64,000 nt of DNA, taken from the NCBI GenBank assembly GCA_964497235.1, contig CAZCCJ010000005.1, forward strand, positions 371 to 64,370, given 5' to 3'. Every line of letters starts with the position of its first letter. Within the stretch, counting starts at the first letter, position 1. Below the pieces are notes generated by a model. The model worked only from the letters and a program-made list of their open reading frames with translations. It was not told the DNA's origin and searched no databases. Positions 34,343 through 42,815 of this stretch are shown here, piece by piece. The position numbers and the translations under genes were made by a program. This stretch comes from an uncultured Staphylococcaceae bacterium (GTDB lineage: Bacteria > Bacillota_I > Bacilli_A > RFN20 > CAG-826).

Positions 34343-34365
34343 GCCCATTTCGCATGGGCTTTTTT
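34343..34365 (+). terminator. Rho-independent terminator after the TetR gene
   Basis: gcccat-ttcgc-atgggc followed by tttttt. A TATAAT for the next gene follows at 34367-34372. Confidence 0.6.
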
Positions 34366-34392
34366 GTATAATGTCGGCCGTGAGGTAAAAAC

Positions 34393-35670
34393 ATGAAATT
34401 GAAACGTCTTCTTCCGATTCTCGTACTGTCTGCTTCGATTTTATCCGCTTGCGGCGATGAAAACGCCGCCTCTTCGTCTAGCGCCTCTCCCGATATCACC
34501 ATCGCCCCCGATGATTCTTCAAGCGACCCAACCTCTTGGAGCGAAGACGATTTGACCATCATGAATGGATACTTGCCAGAAGGCGTGACCATTCCCTTCC
34601 CTCTTGGAGTCACGGCGAATTACACGACCGAATGGAGCGGCTCCGATGATGACGAAGTTTGCTTTATCCTCGTCGATTCGGAGTGCGGCGACTTGACCGT
34701 CCAATATGGTGCCATCCTTTCGTCCAACGATTACGTCTATGACGAAGACAATTCTTCCGACGGCAGCGATGGAGACTATGCCTATTATTTTTACTATAAG
34801 GATGTCACGGCGGCTGATGGCACAGACTACGTCCTATGGGTCCAAACCGATTATAACGACGACAACGAATTCGAGGTCTGCGCTTGGGTGGAGGATATAA
34901 GCGCCACTTACGAGGCTTTTCCATATGAGATGATCAATTCCACTTTGGGACTATCTTTGTCGGAAAGCAATTTCCCATCTTTTGAGCTTGCGGAAGGGGA
35001 GAAGTACGACGGCTATGACGACGGCGGTGCCGGCGAATATTACTACGTCGGAGGCTATTTCGACGAGAACGTGACCGACGACGATTACGTTTCGGCCTAT
35101 GAAGCAAAGCTCACGGAAAAGGGCTTTGCCGTGTCTAGCGATGATGGAACGGCAACGAACGCAGTATTGGGCGTGGAAATCGAATATATAGCAGTCGAAG
35201 GCTATTTCCTCGCTCAATTCAAAAGCTATGTCGCGTTGACGCCAGGGGATTACGCGATGACCTTTACGGCTGAGGATTTCCCAGACGTCGGAGGTAGATA
35301 TAATGAAAGCGACACCGTGCTCAAGAAGGGCAACATCAAATTCAAATACGCCTATGTGGCGAGCACCGCGGGATACATTCAGTTCAAGAAAACGAGTGGC
35401 TACATGTATAACGTTACGGATTTGGGAAAGATCAATTCGATCGTTGTTAACGTGAGTTCAAAGGCAGGATCCTATTATGGCGCTTTGAGCCTATATGTGG
35501 ATTCATCCATCATCAAAGAGACGGATTCGGCGAAAGAAGTGACGCCGACCATCGATGGATTGACGTATACCTACACAATCGCTTCGGATGTTGGTTATTT
35601 CTACCTCGTCGATGAAGCAAGCTACGCCAGCAAAAACGATAGCATCGTCATCAATTACACGATTGAGTAA
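34393..35670 (+). CDS. Acidic lipoprotein of unknown function
   Basis: Lipobox LSAC. The mature part is rich in D, E and Y. No recognisable catalytic motif. Confidence 0.6.
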   Translation: MKLKRLLPILVLSASILSACGDENAASSSSASPDITIAPDDSSSDPTSWSEDDLTIMNGYLPEGVTIPFPLGVTANYTTEWSGSDDDEVCFILVDSECGDLTVQYGAILSSNDYVYDEDNSSDGSDGDYAYYFYYKDVTAADGTDYVLWVQTDYNDDNEFEVCAWVEDISATYEAFPYEMINSTLGLSLSESNFPSFELAEGEKYDGYDDGGAGEYYYVGGYFDENVTDDDYVSAYEAKLTEKGFAVSSDDGTATNAVLGVEIEYIAVEGYFLAQFKSYVALTPGDYAMTFTAEDFPDVGGRYNESDTVLKKGNIKFKYAYVASTAGYIQFKKTSGYMYNVTDLGKINSIVVNVSSKAGSYYGALSLYVDSSIIKETDSAKEVTPTIDGLTYTYTIASDVGYFYLVDEASYASKNDSIVINYTIE

Positions 35671-35684
35671 CGATTATTGTCATA

Positions 35685-35715
35685 GGCTAAGGCTTAAAAA
35701 CCTTGGCCTTTTTCT
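35685..35715 (+). terminator. Rho-independent terminator
   Basis: ggctaagg-cttaaaaa-ccttggcc (one G.U pair) followed by ttttt. Confidence 0.6.
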
Positions 35716-35803
35716 TATTTTCTCCCGTTTTCGTTTGAAAATTGGTGCGAGGACGCTCTTTTTGCTTGAATGAGGCGAGGCGATTCGCTAATATACACGT
35801 TGC

Positions 35804-35880
35804 GGCTGAGTAGCCCAGTTGGTTAGAGCAACCGGCTCATACCCGGTATGTCGAGGGTTCGAGTCCCCCCTCAGCCACCA
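35804..35880 (+). tRNA. tRNA with CAU anticodon (elongator Met; a lysidine-type Ile2 cannot be excluded)
   Basis: Acceptor GGCTGAG/CTCAGCC, anticodon arm ACCGG-CTCATAC-CCGGT, encoded CCA. Two non-Watson-Crick pairs in my fold: 12:23 C.A and 50:64 A.C. Confidence 0.7.
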
Positions 35881-35892
35881 ACAAACAACGAA

Positions 35893-35929
35893 ATAGCGGT
35901 CATCATCATGGTGGCCGCTATTATTTTTA
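35893..35929 (+). terminator. Hairpin plus T-run after the tRNA
   Basis: atagcggtc...ggccgctat followed by tattttta. Confidence 0.5.
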
Positions 35930-36038
35930 TGCGTTAAGAGCCAATTCAAAATAAGGCTCTATAATATGGTCCAATTTGATGCCGTTCGAAATCTTCTGGA
36001 TCGAAAACGAAATAAAGAGATAAGTCTCTGCAATTTTC

Positions 36039-36075
36039 ATTTCGCAAATTTAAATAATTTTCAAAAATGCGAAAT
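36039..36075. repeat. 37-bp direct repeat, left copy (internally palindromic ATTTCGCA-N21-TGCGAAAT)
   Basis: atttcgcaaatttaaataattttcaaaaatgcgaaat. It ends 5 nt before a TATAAT (36080-36085) and 28 nt before the ATPase start. Confidence 0.9.
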
Positions 36076-36103
36076 ATAGTATAATCTAACTGAGGATGTC
36101 GAT

Positions 36104-37291
36104 ATGAAGCTGATCGAAAGAAAGAATTATCTGAACAAACTAATCGATGTCATGGATATACCTGACATCAAAGTCATAACCGGAATAAGAAGATCCGGCA
36201 AATCGAAGCTCATGGATGCTTTTCATGAATATTTGCTTGGCAAGGATTGCAATGTGATCCACATCAAGTTGAATTTGAAAGAATATGAGGGGTTGCTTGA
36301 TGAAGATGCGCTTTATCGATATGTTTCGTCTCATTTCGTAAAGGACAAAAAGAATTATCTTCTGATTGACGAGGTTCAATTATGCGACGGCTTCGAAAAA
36401 GCCATCAACAGCCTATATGAAGAAGAGAAATACGACATATACCTAACCGGTTCAAACGCGTTCTTGTTAAGCAGCGATCTCGCGACGTTATTTGGTGGTA
36501 GAGTCTTTGAGATTGACATGTATCCGTTTTCCTTTTCTGAATATATGGAGTATTACCCATCGTCGGATATAGATGATTCGTTCGACAAATACTTCAATTC
36601 GACAGGTATGGCTGGAGCGTATCTATATAGGAATGAGAAGGATTCACTTAAATATCTTGAAAGCATCGTCAAGACGACGATAGTCAGGGATATCGTCGAT
36701 AAATACAACATCGATAACCGCGATTTGCTGAAGATGATCTACGAATTCCTAATGGATAACGTCGGGAATCGGACCTCAATAAGGAATATCGCCAACAAAC
36801 TCACGTCATCATCCTACAAAACGAACGATAAAACGTGCGCGAGCTATATAGATTACCTTTGCAAAAGCTTTTTGTTTTACCCCATCCAAAGATACAATGT
36901 GAAAGGCAACAAATATTTGGAATCGGATAAGAAATATTATCTGGCCGACGTTGGCTTCAGAAAGGCGATTCTCGGAAATAGATACCTCGATAGGGGACAT
37001 CTTTATGAAAACATCGTCGCCATGGAACTTCTTAGAAGGGGATATGAGGTGTATATCGGCAAGCTGTATGACAAAGAGATCGATTTCGTGTGTTTGAAGG
37101 ATGGGAAAAAGACGTATATCCAAGTGAGCGACGATATAACCAATAACGATACGTTCGAAAGGGAAGTGACCCCTTTGAAGCAAATCAGGGACTCATATCC
37201 GAAAATATTGATAGCGAGAACCAAGGACGACGAAAAAGACTATCAAGGAATACGCATAATCGATATAGCCAGATGGTTATTGAATCAGTGA
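36104..37291 (+). CDS. AAA ATPase (AAA_14-like) with C-terminal DUF4143 domain, COG1373 type
   Basis: Walker A GIRRSGKSK, Walker B LLIDEVQ. The C-terminus KEIDFVCLKDGKKTYIQVS is a degenerate version of the D...E-x-K motif. Confidence 0.8.
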   Translation: MKLIERKNYLNKLIDVMDIPDIKVITGIRRSGKSKLMDAFHEYLLGKDCNVIHIKLNLKEYEGLLDEDALYRYVSSHFVKDKKNYLLIDEVQLCDGFEKAINSLYEEEKYDIYLTGSNAFLLSSDLATLFGGRVFEIDMYPFSFSEYMEYYPSSDIDDSFDKYFNSTGMAGAYLYRNEKDSLKYLESIVKTTIVRDIVDKYNIDNRDLLKMIYEFLMDNVGNRTSIRNIANKLTSSSYKTNDKTCASYIDYLCKSFLFYPIQRYNVKGNKYLESDKKYYLADVGFRKAILGNRYLDRGHLYENIVAMELLRRGYEVYIGKLYDKEIDFVCLKDGKKTYIQVSDDITNNDTFEREVTPLKQIRDSYPKILIARTKDDEKDYQGIRIIDIARWLLNQ

Positions 37292-37295
37292 CATT

Positions 37296-37332
37296 ATTTC
37301 GCAAATTTAAATAATTTTTAAAAATGCGAAAT
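37296..37332. repeat. 37-bp direct repeat, right copy
   Basis: atttcgcaaatttaaataatttttaaaaatgcgaaat matches the left copy at 36 of 37 positions. It starts 5 nt after the ATPase stop and is followed by the perfect palindrome AAATTGCGCAATTT (37337-37350). Confidence 0.9.
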
Positions 37333-37364
37333 GAATAAATTGCGCAATTTGTTCGTGTCAGCTA

Positions 37365-37403
37365 CAAAAAAGCCAGATTCTCGTTGAAGAAATCTGGCTT
37401 TTA
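37365..37403. terminator. Bidirectional rho-independent terminator
   Basis: agccagatt-ctcgttgaaga-aatctggct is flanked by an A-run and a T-run. Confidence 0.6.
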
Positions 37404-37754
37404 TCGATTGGAATCCGCTTCAAACGCGGTTTTCTTTCGTCTCTAACGCTTTCTCGGCTTCGTTCGATGCATTTTCGACGGCCATGGATTCGCTAGACGA
37501 TTCGAGCTTCCCCATCTTCTCATCTTTAAGATATGTTTCCGAATTTATGTCTTATCCTCCTTAGAGAGCCAACGTCTTCCCTAAGGCGGTACAACTGTGG
37601 TTTTGAACGCCTGGATTATGGCGAAAATAAAAATTTTTCGTAAACGTTTTTTCTGAAAGCGCTTCCCTATATTGTTCGATATTTTAGTCGCATATGTTTA
37701 GTAATATAGCGCTTTTTCGTATAGAATAGGCATGGCTATGAAAGGAGACTAAAA

Positions 37755-38324
37755 ATGAAAATAGCAGCGATAGTGCTTTTGGTGATAGGCATGATAGCCA
37801 ACGTCATAATGGGGATAACAAACGTCCTTGGAAACGAATACGCGACGATTGTCGCGACGTTTAAGGAATACGGGATGGAATTCCCGATTTCTAAGCAGGT
37901 CTATGACGGCATATATATCGCAATCGCCGTCTTGGCCGTTGTCGTCGGCCTTATTTCCCTTTTCTTCTTGCTTAGGAAAAAGGAATCGAAAACGGTCATA
38001 TTGACGATGGGGATCATATCGATATTCTTCGTTAACCTGATCGCCGGGATCCTTATGATCGTCTATTCCGTCAGGAATCCTTCGATGGGACAAATTTATC
38101 CGTCCAATCCGCACGTCGTCTATGAGGAAAAAGAAGAGCCGACGAAACCGAATCTAAGCGATTACGATGCGCCGAGGACTTATTTGGCCGTGGGCGACGT
38201 CGTCTTGACGAAGGATGAGAAGAGGGGAGTCATCGTCTCGATAAACGAGAAAACGGCGACCGTCAACCTAATGGATGGGAGAAACATCACTTCTGATGTC
38301 GACGATCTAAAGAGGATTCAATAG
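37755..38324 (+). CDS. Four-TM membrane protein with a small C-terminal soluble domain, function unknown
   Basis: Hydrophobic segments read from the translation. AAAGGAG ribosome-binding site. No family recognised. Confidence 0.5.
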   Translation: MKIAAIVLLVIGMIANVIMGITNVLGNEYATIVATFKEYGMEFPISKQVYDGIYIAIAVLAVVVGLISLFFLLRKKESKTVILTMGIISIFFVNLIAGILMIVYSVRNPSMGQIYPSNPHVVYEEKEEPTKPNLSDYDAPRTYLAVGDVVLTKDEKRGVIVSINEKTATVNLMDGRNITSDVDDLKRIQ

Positions 38325-38336
38325 AGAGGAAAATAT

Positions 38337-40109
38337 ATGAGAGAAACGTGGGATTTGACGCCGTTATACGAAAATGAGGCGTCTTTCGAAGCCGATTTGG
38401 CGAAGTTCAAGGACGTCTATACGCCCGAAGTCGCGAAACTAGAGGGGAAACTTGGGACCGAGGAAGGCCTTTTGGCTTATTTCAAACTCGATCACGAGGT
38501 GAATGCGTTGCTCCAAAAGGTCTATATGTACGCCGCTTCGCTTAGCGATCTCGATAAGAAGAACGTCGCCGCGACGGAAAGGGAAAGCAAGGTGCAACTT
38601 GCGCTAGAGAACTTCATCAGCGTCGCTTCCTATGTCGAGCCTGAGATTTTGGCGATAGGGGAAGAGAAAGTCGCGAAATTCTTCGAAAAGCATCCGGAAG
38701 TGAACGAATACGATTTCCAAATGAAGAAATTGTTCTTAGGGCAAAAGCACGTCCTAAGTGCCGAGAAAGAAAGGCTTTTGTCGAATTATAGCCCATTATT
38801 AGGAGCTGGAGGCGATTTGTATAGTTCCTTAAGCGTCGCCGATTTGACGCCGTCGAAAGCAAAACTAAGCGACGGCAGCGAGGTTTTGGTGACGCAAAGC
38901 AATTGGTCTGGACTCGTTAGAGATGCTAAAAACGCCGATGATAGGAAAGCCATCTTCGACACCTTATACCATTATTACGACGCCCATAAGCACACTTATG
39001 GCGAAATCTATAACAACGTCCTCAAATCCGAGCTCGCGGAGATGAAATCGAGGGGATATCCGAGCATTTTGGAATCCCATTTGGAAGGCAATAAGATTCC
39101 AAAGGAAGTCTTCTTGAATCTCATCGAAGCGGCCAAAAAAGGCAGCGCTCCGCTAAAACGTTATTACGAATTAAGGAGGAAAACGCTGGGCCTAGAGAAG
39201 CACCGCTCATATGACCGCTTCCTCCAACTTGCCAAAAGCGATAAGAAATACACCTTCCAAGAAGCCCAATCCCTTTTCTTCGATTCCATCAAGCATTTCC
39301 CTGCCGATTTCCAAGAAAAAGCCAAGGAAGTCAATAAAGAAGGCTATATCGACGTCTACCCCAAAAGCGGCAAGCGCAGCGGCGCCTATAGCAATGGCGG
39401 GGCCAACATCCATCCGTATATCCTAATGAATTTCGAAGGCGAACTGGACGACGTCTTCACCTTGGCCCATGAATCCGGCCATAGCATCCATACCCTTTAT
39501 AGCGAGGAAGCGCAGCCTCTCGCCAAGCAAAACTACACGATCTTCGTCGCTGAGATCGCAAGCACCTTCAATGAGCATAACCTTTTGGACTATCTTCTTA
39601 GAAGCGATAAGCTCGATAAGAACGACAAAATCTATCTCCTTCAGAAGGCGATAGACGAGATTTGCTCGACTTTTTACCGCCAAACCCTCTTTGGCGAATA
39701 CGAATATCGCGCCTCTTTGCTAATGGAGAAAGGCGAGCCGATCAATTACGCGGTCCTAAGCCAAATCATGACCGATTTGTATAAGGAATATTATGGGATT
39801 GACATCTCCGAAGAGGTTTTGAAGCCCCTTGTCTGGGCCTATATCCCCCATCTTTTCTACACGCCTTTCTACGTTTACCAATATGCGACGAGCTTCACAG
39901 CGTCGTTATTAATCTATGAGAGGGTGAAAGAAGGGGTGAAAGATTCTTTCGACGACTATGTTTCCTTGTTGAAGATGGGCGGAAGCGATTTCCCGATAGA
40001 GGAAGTGAAACGCGCCCACGTCGATTTCTTGGACAAGGCCACTTTTGAAGCGTGCCCTAAGAGGATGGAAGAACTTTTGAACCAGCTCGAAGCCCTCTTA
40101 AAGGAGTGA
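38337..40109 (+). CDS. pepF: Oligoendopeptidase F (M3B metallopeptidase)
   Basis: HESGHSIH zinc motif in a 590-aa protein collinear with PepF-type enzymes. Confidence 0.9.
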   Translation: MRETWDLTPLYENEASFEADLAKFKDVYTPEVAKLEGKLGTEEGLLAYFKLDHEVNALLQKVYMYAASLSDLDKKNVAATERESKVQLALENFISVASYVEPEILAIGEEKVAKFFEKHPEVNEYDFQMKKLFLGQKHVLSAEKERLLSNYSPLLGAGGDLYSSLSVADLTPSKAKLSDGSEVLVTQSNWSGLVRDAKNADDRKAIFDTLYHYYDAHKHTYGEIYNNVLKSELAEMKSRGYPSILESHLEGNKIPKEVFLNLIEAAKKGSAPLKRYYELRRKTLGLEKHRSYDRFLQLAKSDKKYTFQEAQSLFFDSIKHFPADFQEKAKEVNKEGYIDVYPKSGKRSGAYSNGGANIHPYILMNFEGELDDVFTLAHESGHSIHTLYSEEAQPLAKQNYTIFVAEIASTFNEHNLLDYLLRSDKLDKNDKIYLLQKAIDEICSTFYRQTLFGEYEYRASLLMEKGEPINYAVLSQIMTDLYKEYYGIDISEEVLKPLVWAYIPHLFYTPFYVYQYATSFTASLLIYERVKEGVKDSFDDYVSLLKMGGSDFPIEEVKRAHVDFLDKATFEACPKRMEELLNQLEALLKE

Positions 40110-40203
40110 TATCATCCGATTTTTCCAGCGTTTAGGTCGATTTGAGTAGTTTTTCTCTTTCTTAACGACTTGGAGGCGCTTATAATACGAACGCTGGATT
40201 TTT

Positions 40204-40280
40204 GGTCCATTAGCTCAGTTGGTTAGAGCACACCCCTTATAAGGGTGGGGTCGTTGGTTCAAGCCCAACATGGACCACCA
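40204..40280 (+). tRNA. tRNA-Ile (anticodon UAU)
   Basis: Perfect cloverleaf by hand: GGTCCAT/ATGGACC, D-stem GCTC/GAGC, anticodon arm CACCC-CTTATAA-GGGTG, T-arm GTTGG-TTCAAGC-CCAAC, A73, encoded CCA. Confidence 0.85.
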
Positions 40281-40284
40281 GTTT

Positions 40285-40375
40285 GGAGGAATACCCAAGT
40301 GGCTGAAGGGGTCGGTCTTGAAAACCGATAGTGGGTCTATGCCCAGCTAGGGTTCGAATCCCTATTCCTCCGCCA
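40285..40375 (+). tRNA. tRNA-Ser (anticodon UGA), class II
   Basis: Acceptor GGAGGAA/TTCCTCC, anticodon arm TCGGT-CTTGAAA-ACCGA, long variable arm, encoded CCA. Confidence 0.9.
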
Positions 40376-40417
40376 GAATTTTCTCTAAGAACACGCGAGA
40401 CGCTCAAAACGAAAGAA

Positions 40418-40446
40418 AGTCACTCAAGTTGAGTGATTTTTTCTTA
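40418..40446 (+). terminator. Rho-independent terminator after the tRNA pair
   Basis: agtcactc-aagtt-gagtgatt followed by ttttttc. Confidence 0.6.
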
Positions 40447-41052
40447 TTTTGCATGTTTCACATTGGTCTTAAGCAATCGTAATCGGCAAAAACATGGGGT
40501 TTCCGTGCGAAATGGTGAGGCGATTGAAACACACGATGGTGAAATGGCATCAAGTGTTGTGATTGAGTCCATATGGCTGAACATTGAAGATACCAATGGT
40601 TTGCCGATTTGGAATTCGCATTCGAAAATGGGTGAAAACGAAGCAATACAAATTTTCGTTTCCAATGCGTGAATTGGTTGAATAAGGGCCGGAGTTTAAC
40701 GAGAGGCCGATGGCTAAAACGTTGAGATTTGATGGAGAAGATTGGCCATAATCATCGAATTAGCGGAAATTTTTGTGTTTTAGCACAATTTTTTCCTCCA
40801 ATTCTTTGTTTTTGAAACGCTTTGCGCTTGAAAAAATGAACCTCACTGTTGTCTTTCGAGGTTTTCATCGGGCCAAAGGATGCTGTGATAGGCAAAAAAC
40901 ACAGAAAACGGCATTGATAAATATGTTTTGGAGTGATTGGTGCGGTTCTATACAAAGACTTAGACGCGTTATCTGTCGTCTAACCAAAGTCTTCTTTTTG
41001 CCTTATAATTCCTGTGTCTATTGAGAAATCGACAAAAGAAGGGGGTCCATAA

Positions 41053-41502
41053 ATGGAGACGATAGCCAAAAGGATAAAGTGGAAGAAATATTTGCTTCTG
41101 ATTATGTTTCTCTCGATGCTTGCCGTTGACGTATGGGAGTTTTATAGCCTGTTTGCCGCCACGAAACCCGATTCTTTGCTCTATGCCATCGCTTTCGTTA
41201 TCTTGGCCCTTGCGCTCGTCTTGTTAATTTTCACCGTGCTAGAATTCGCAAAGAAAAGCGATGCCATCACGCTTAATGACGATAAAGTGGTGTTAAGCGA
41301 ATATAAACGAAAAACCATCGAATTGAGCGAGATAAAAGACGTCAAATGCCGTTTGTCGTTTGGCGGAGGGCGCCTCTTTGGCGGCTATTATAAATCCGGG
41401 ACGATCGAGGTTCTCTTGAAAAACGACGAAAAGATCCGTTTGAGCGATATCGCCGATGCGAATATCGCCTGCGACAAACTTCGTCGCGCCATCTCCAAAT
41501 AA
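41053..41502 (+). CDS. Two-TM membrane protein with a bacterial PH-like C-terminal domain (tentative)
   Basis: Two N-terminal hydrophobic helices, then a beta-rich domain of about 80 aa. GGGGG ribosome-binding site. Confidence 0.45.
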   Translation: METIAKRIKWKKYLLLIMFLSMLAVDVWEFYSLFAATKPDSLLYAIAFVILALALVLLIFTVLEFAKKSDAITLNDDKVVLSEYKRKTIELSEIKDVKCRLSFGGGRLFGGYYKSGTIEVLLKNDEKIRLSDIADANIACDKLRRAISK

Positions 41503-41525
41503 GCGGCATAGGGGACGAAAGAATC

Positions 41526-42359
41526 CTATTTGGATTCGCTTTTCTTTTTCTTTTCCTTCCGATATTGCGATGGCGATAAGCCATAGTGTTTATGGAAGAC
41601 GTGGTTGAAGTGCGAATTCGAATCATAGCCGAGATTTGCGGCGATTTCGCTGATTGAAAGGTCGCTATGAAGAAGGTAATCGTGGGCGGCGTTCATTTTC
41701 ACGATCGCTAGATATGAGACAAGCGACATCCCCATATAACGTTTGAAAAGCTTAGCGAAATGAGCGTGTGAATAATCGACTTTGGCCAAGACGTCGCCGA
41801 CGCTCCAAGAGGCGTTTTCGATACGTTGCATCTCGGCTATTATCTCGTTTAGCCACTTCGGCCGCTCATTCTCCAAAGGAACGTTTTGCTCAAAAACAAG
41901 CGAGATGATGTCGTTTATCAAGAGTTGGGAATAGATTTTGCGGAGATCCTCGTTTTCGAATTTTCCGAAGCGCAGCAAATTGCAAATGTCCATTATCTTC
42001 TCGGTTTGTCGAGGGGACACCGATACTTCTAGCACTTTCGGCTTCGTCAATTCTGAAATCATGGCAGGGGATATGAAATCGCAGGTGCTTGCCATCTCGT
42101 CTTGGCGGATCAGGATATTCAAATGGCCGGCTTTCTCGCCATCGTTAAATATTGCGTGATAGTCATTAGGTCTTATCAAAAAAGCGGAGCCGACGCCCGC
42201 TTTCAAGGTCAACCCATTTATTTCATGACGATAGGAACCGTCCGTGACGATGAAGAATTCCCAATAATCGTGGGTGTGGAAACAAGGATAATCGCGAAAG
42301 ATTTGGTGCGATGCGACGGGGAGCGAAGGATCTTCGGCGTCGAGCTTATATAGGTTCAT
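41526..42359 (-). CDS. AraC-family transcriptional regulator (paralogue of 14838-15689)
   Basis: HTHDYWEFFIVTDG cupin motif and a C-terminal dual HTH (SWSVGDVLAKVDYSHAHFAKLFKR...ISEIAANLGYDSNSHFNHVFHKHYGLSPSQYR). Confidence 0.85.
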   Translation of the reverse strand: MNLYKLDAEDPSLPVASHQIFRDYPCFHTHDYWEFFIVTDGSYRHEINGLTLKAGVGSAFLIRPNDYHAIFNDGEKAGHLNILIRQDEMASTCDFISPAMISELTKPKVLEVSVSPRQTEKIMDICNLLRFGKFENEDLRKIYSQLLINDIISLVFEQNVPLENERPKWLNEIIAEMQRIENASWSVGDVLAKVDYSHAHFAKLFKRYMGMSLVSYLAIVKMNAAHDYLLHSDLSISEIAANLGYDSNSHFNHVFHKHYGLSPSQYRKEKKKKSESK

Positions 42360-42815
42360 GTCTCAATTATAGCCTTTTAGACGGAATCTCAATAAGTGAA
42401 TTGCGAAAAAATGTTATGTGAATGTATAGAAAATACGTAAATAGACGGCTTTTCTGTTTTTTCAATGATAAAAAAGAGCAAATTTTAGGTTTTATATGAC
42501 ATCGATGGTTTTTCGCTTTCGCCATTTTTTCCTCGATACGCTCGCTTAATTATAAAAAAGCAAAATGAGAAGAACGTCGATTAATGAAGGTTTTCCGACG
42601 TTTGAAAGCGAAAAGTTGCGATGAACTCTAACTTTAAGCGCCGCGAGCCCATACGTATGCGCAAAAGAACGTTCCTAGAGATAAAAAAACGCAATTTTTT
42701 AAGAGGTATATGCAAAAATGAAATGGGCGATGCTTTAAAATACCCATGATTGTAACCCCTTCCATGCTTTTCGCTAATGGCTGGGAATCAAAAAGAACAA
42801 CGGAGGAAAGAGAAT

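Noticed and set aside
37654-37667. A cre-like sequence TGAAAGCGCTTCCC upstream of the 37755 membrane protein gene.
   Set aside because: It departs from the consensus at the last constrained position (C where the consensus requires A or T) and has a non-palindromic right half. It is weaker than the three sites reported.
33555-40375. Considered a prophage or integrative element using one of the four tRNA genes as an attachment site.
   Set aside because: No integrase, recombinase, transposase or phage gene lies in or near the interval. I found no convincing direct repeat of any tRNA 3' end downstream.
40433-40672. A 79-aa plus-strand ORF and overlapping 73-aa and 62-aa minus-strand ORFs after the tRNA pair.
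   Set aside because: They have no ribosome-binding sites, are mutually overlapping, and match no motif. They are treated as non-coding; see the finding on the 600-bp silent region.
42510-42614. An 11-bp inverted repeat (ttttcgctttc / gaaagcgaaaa) with an 83-bp spacer, in the AraC/solute-binding protein intergenic region of locus B. Considered as an invertible promoter switch.
   Set aside because: The arms are short and low in complexity. No recombinase gene is nearby, and the enclosed segment has no obvious promoter. It may still be a regulator site, but the evidence is too weak.
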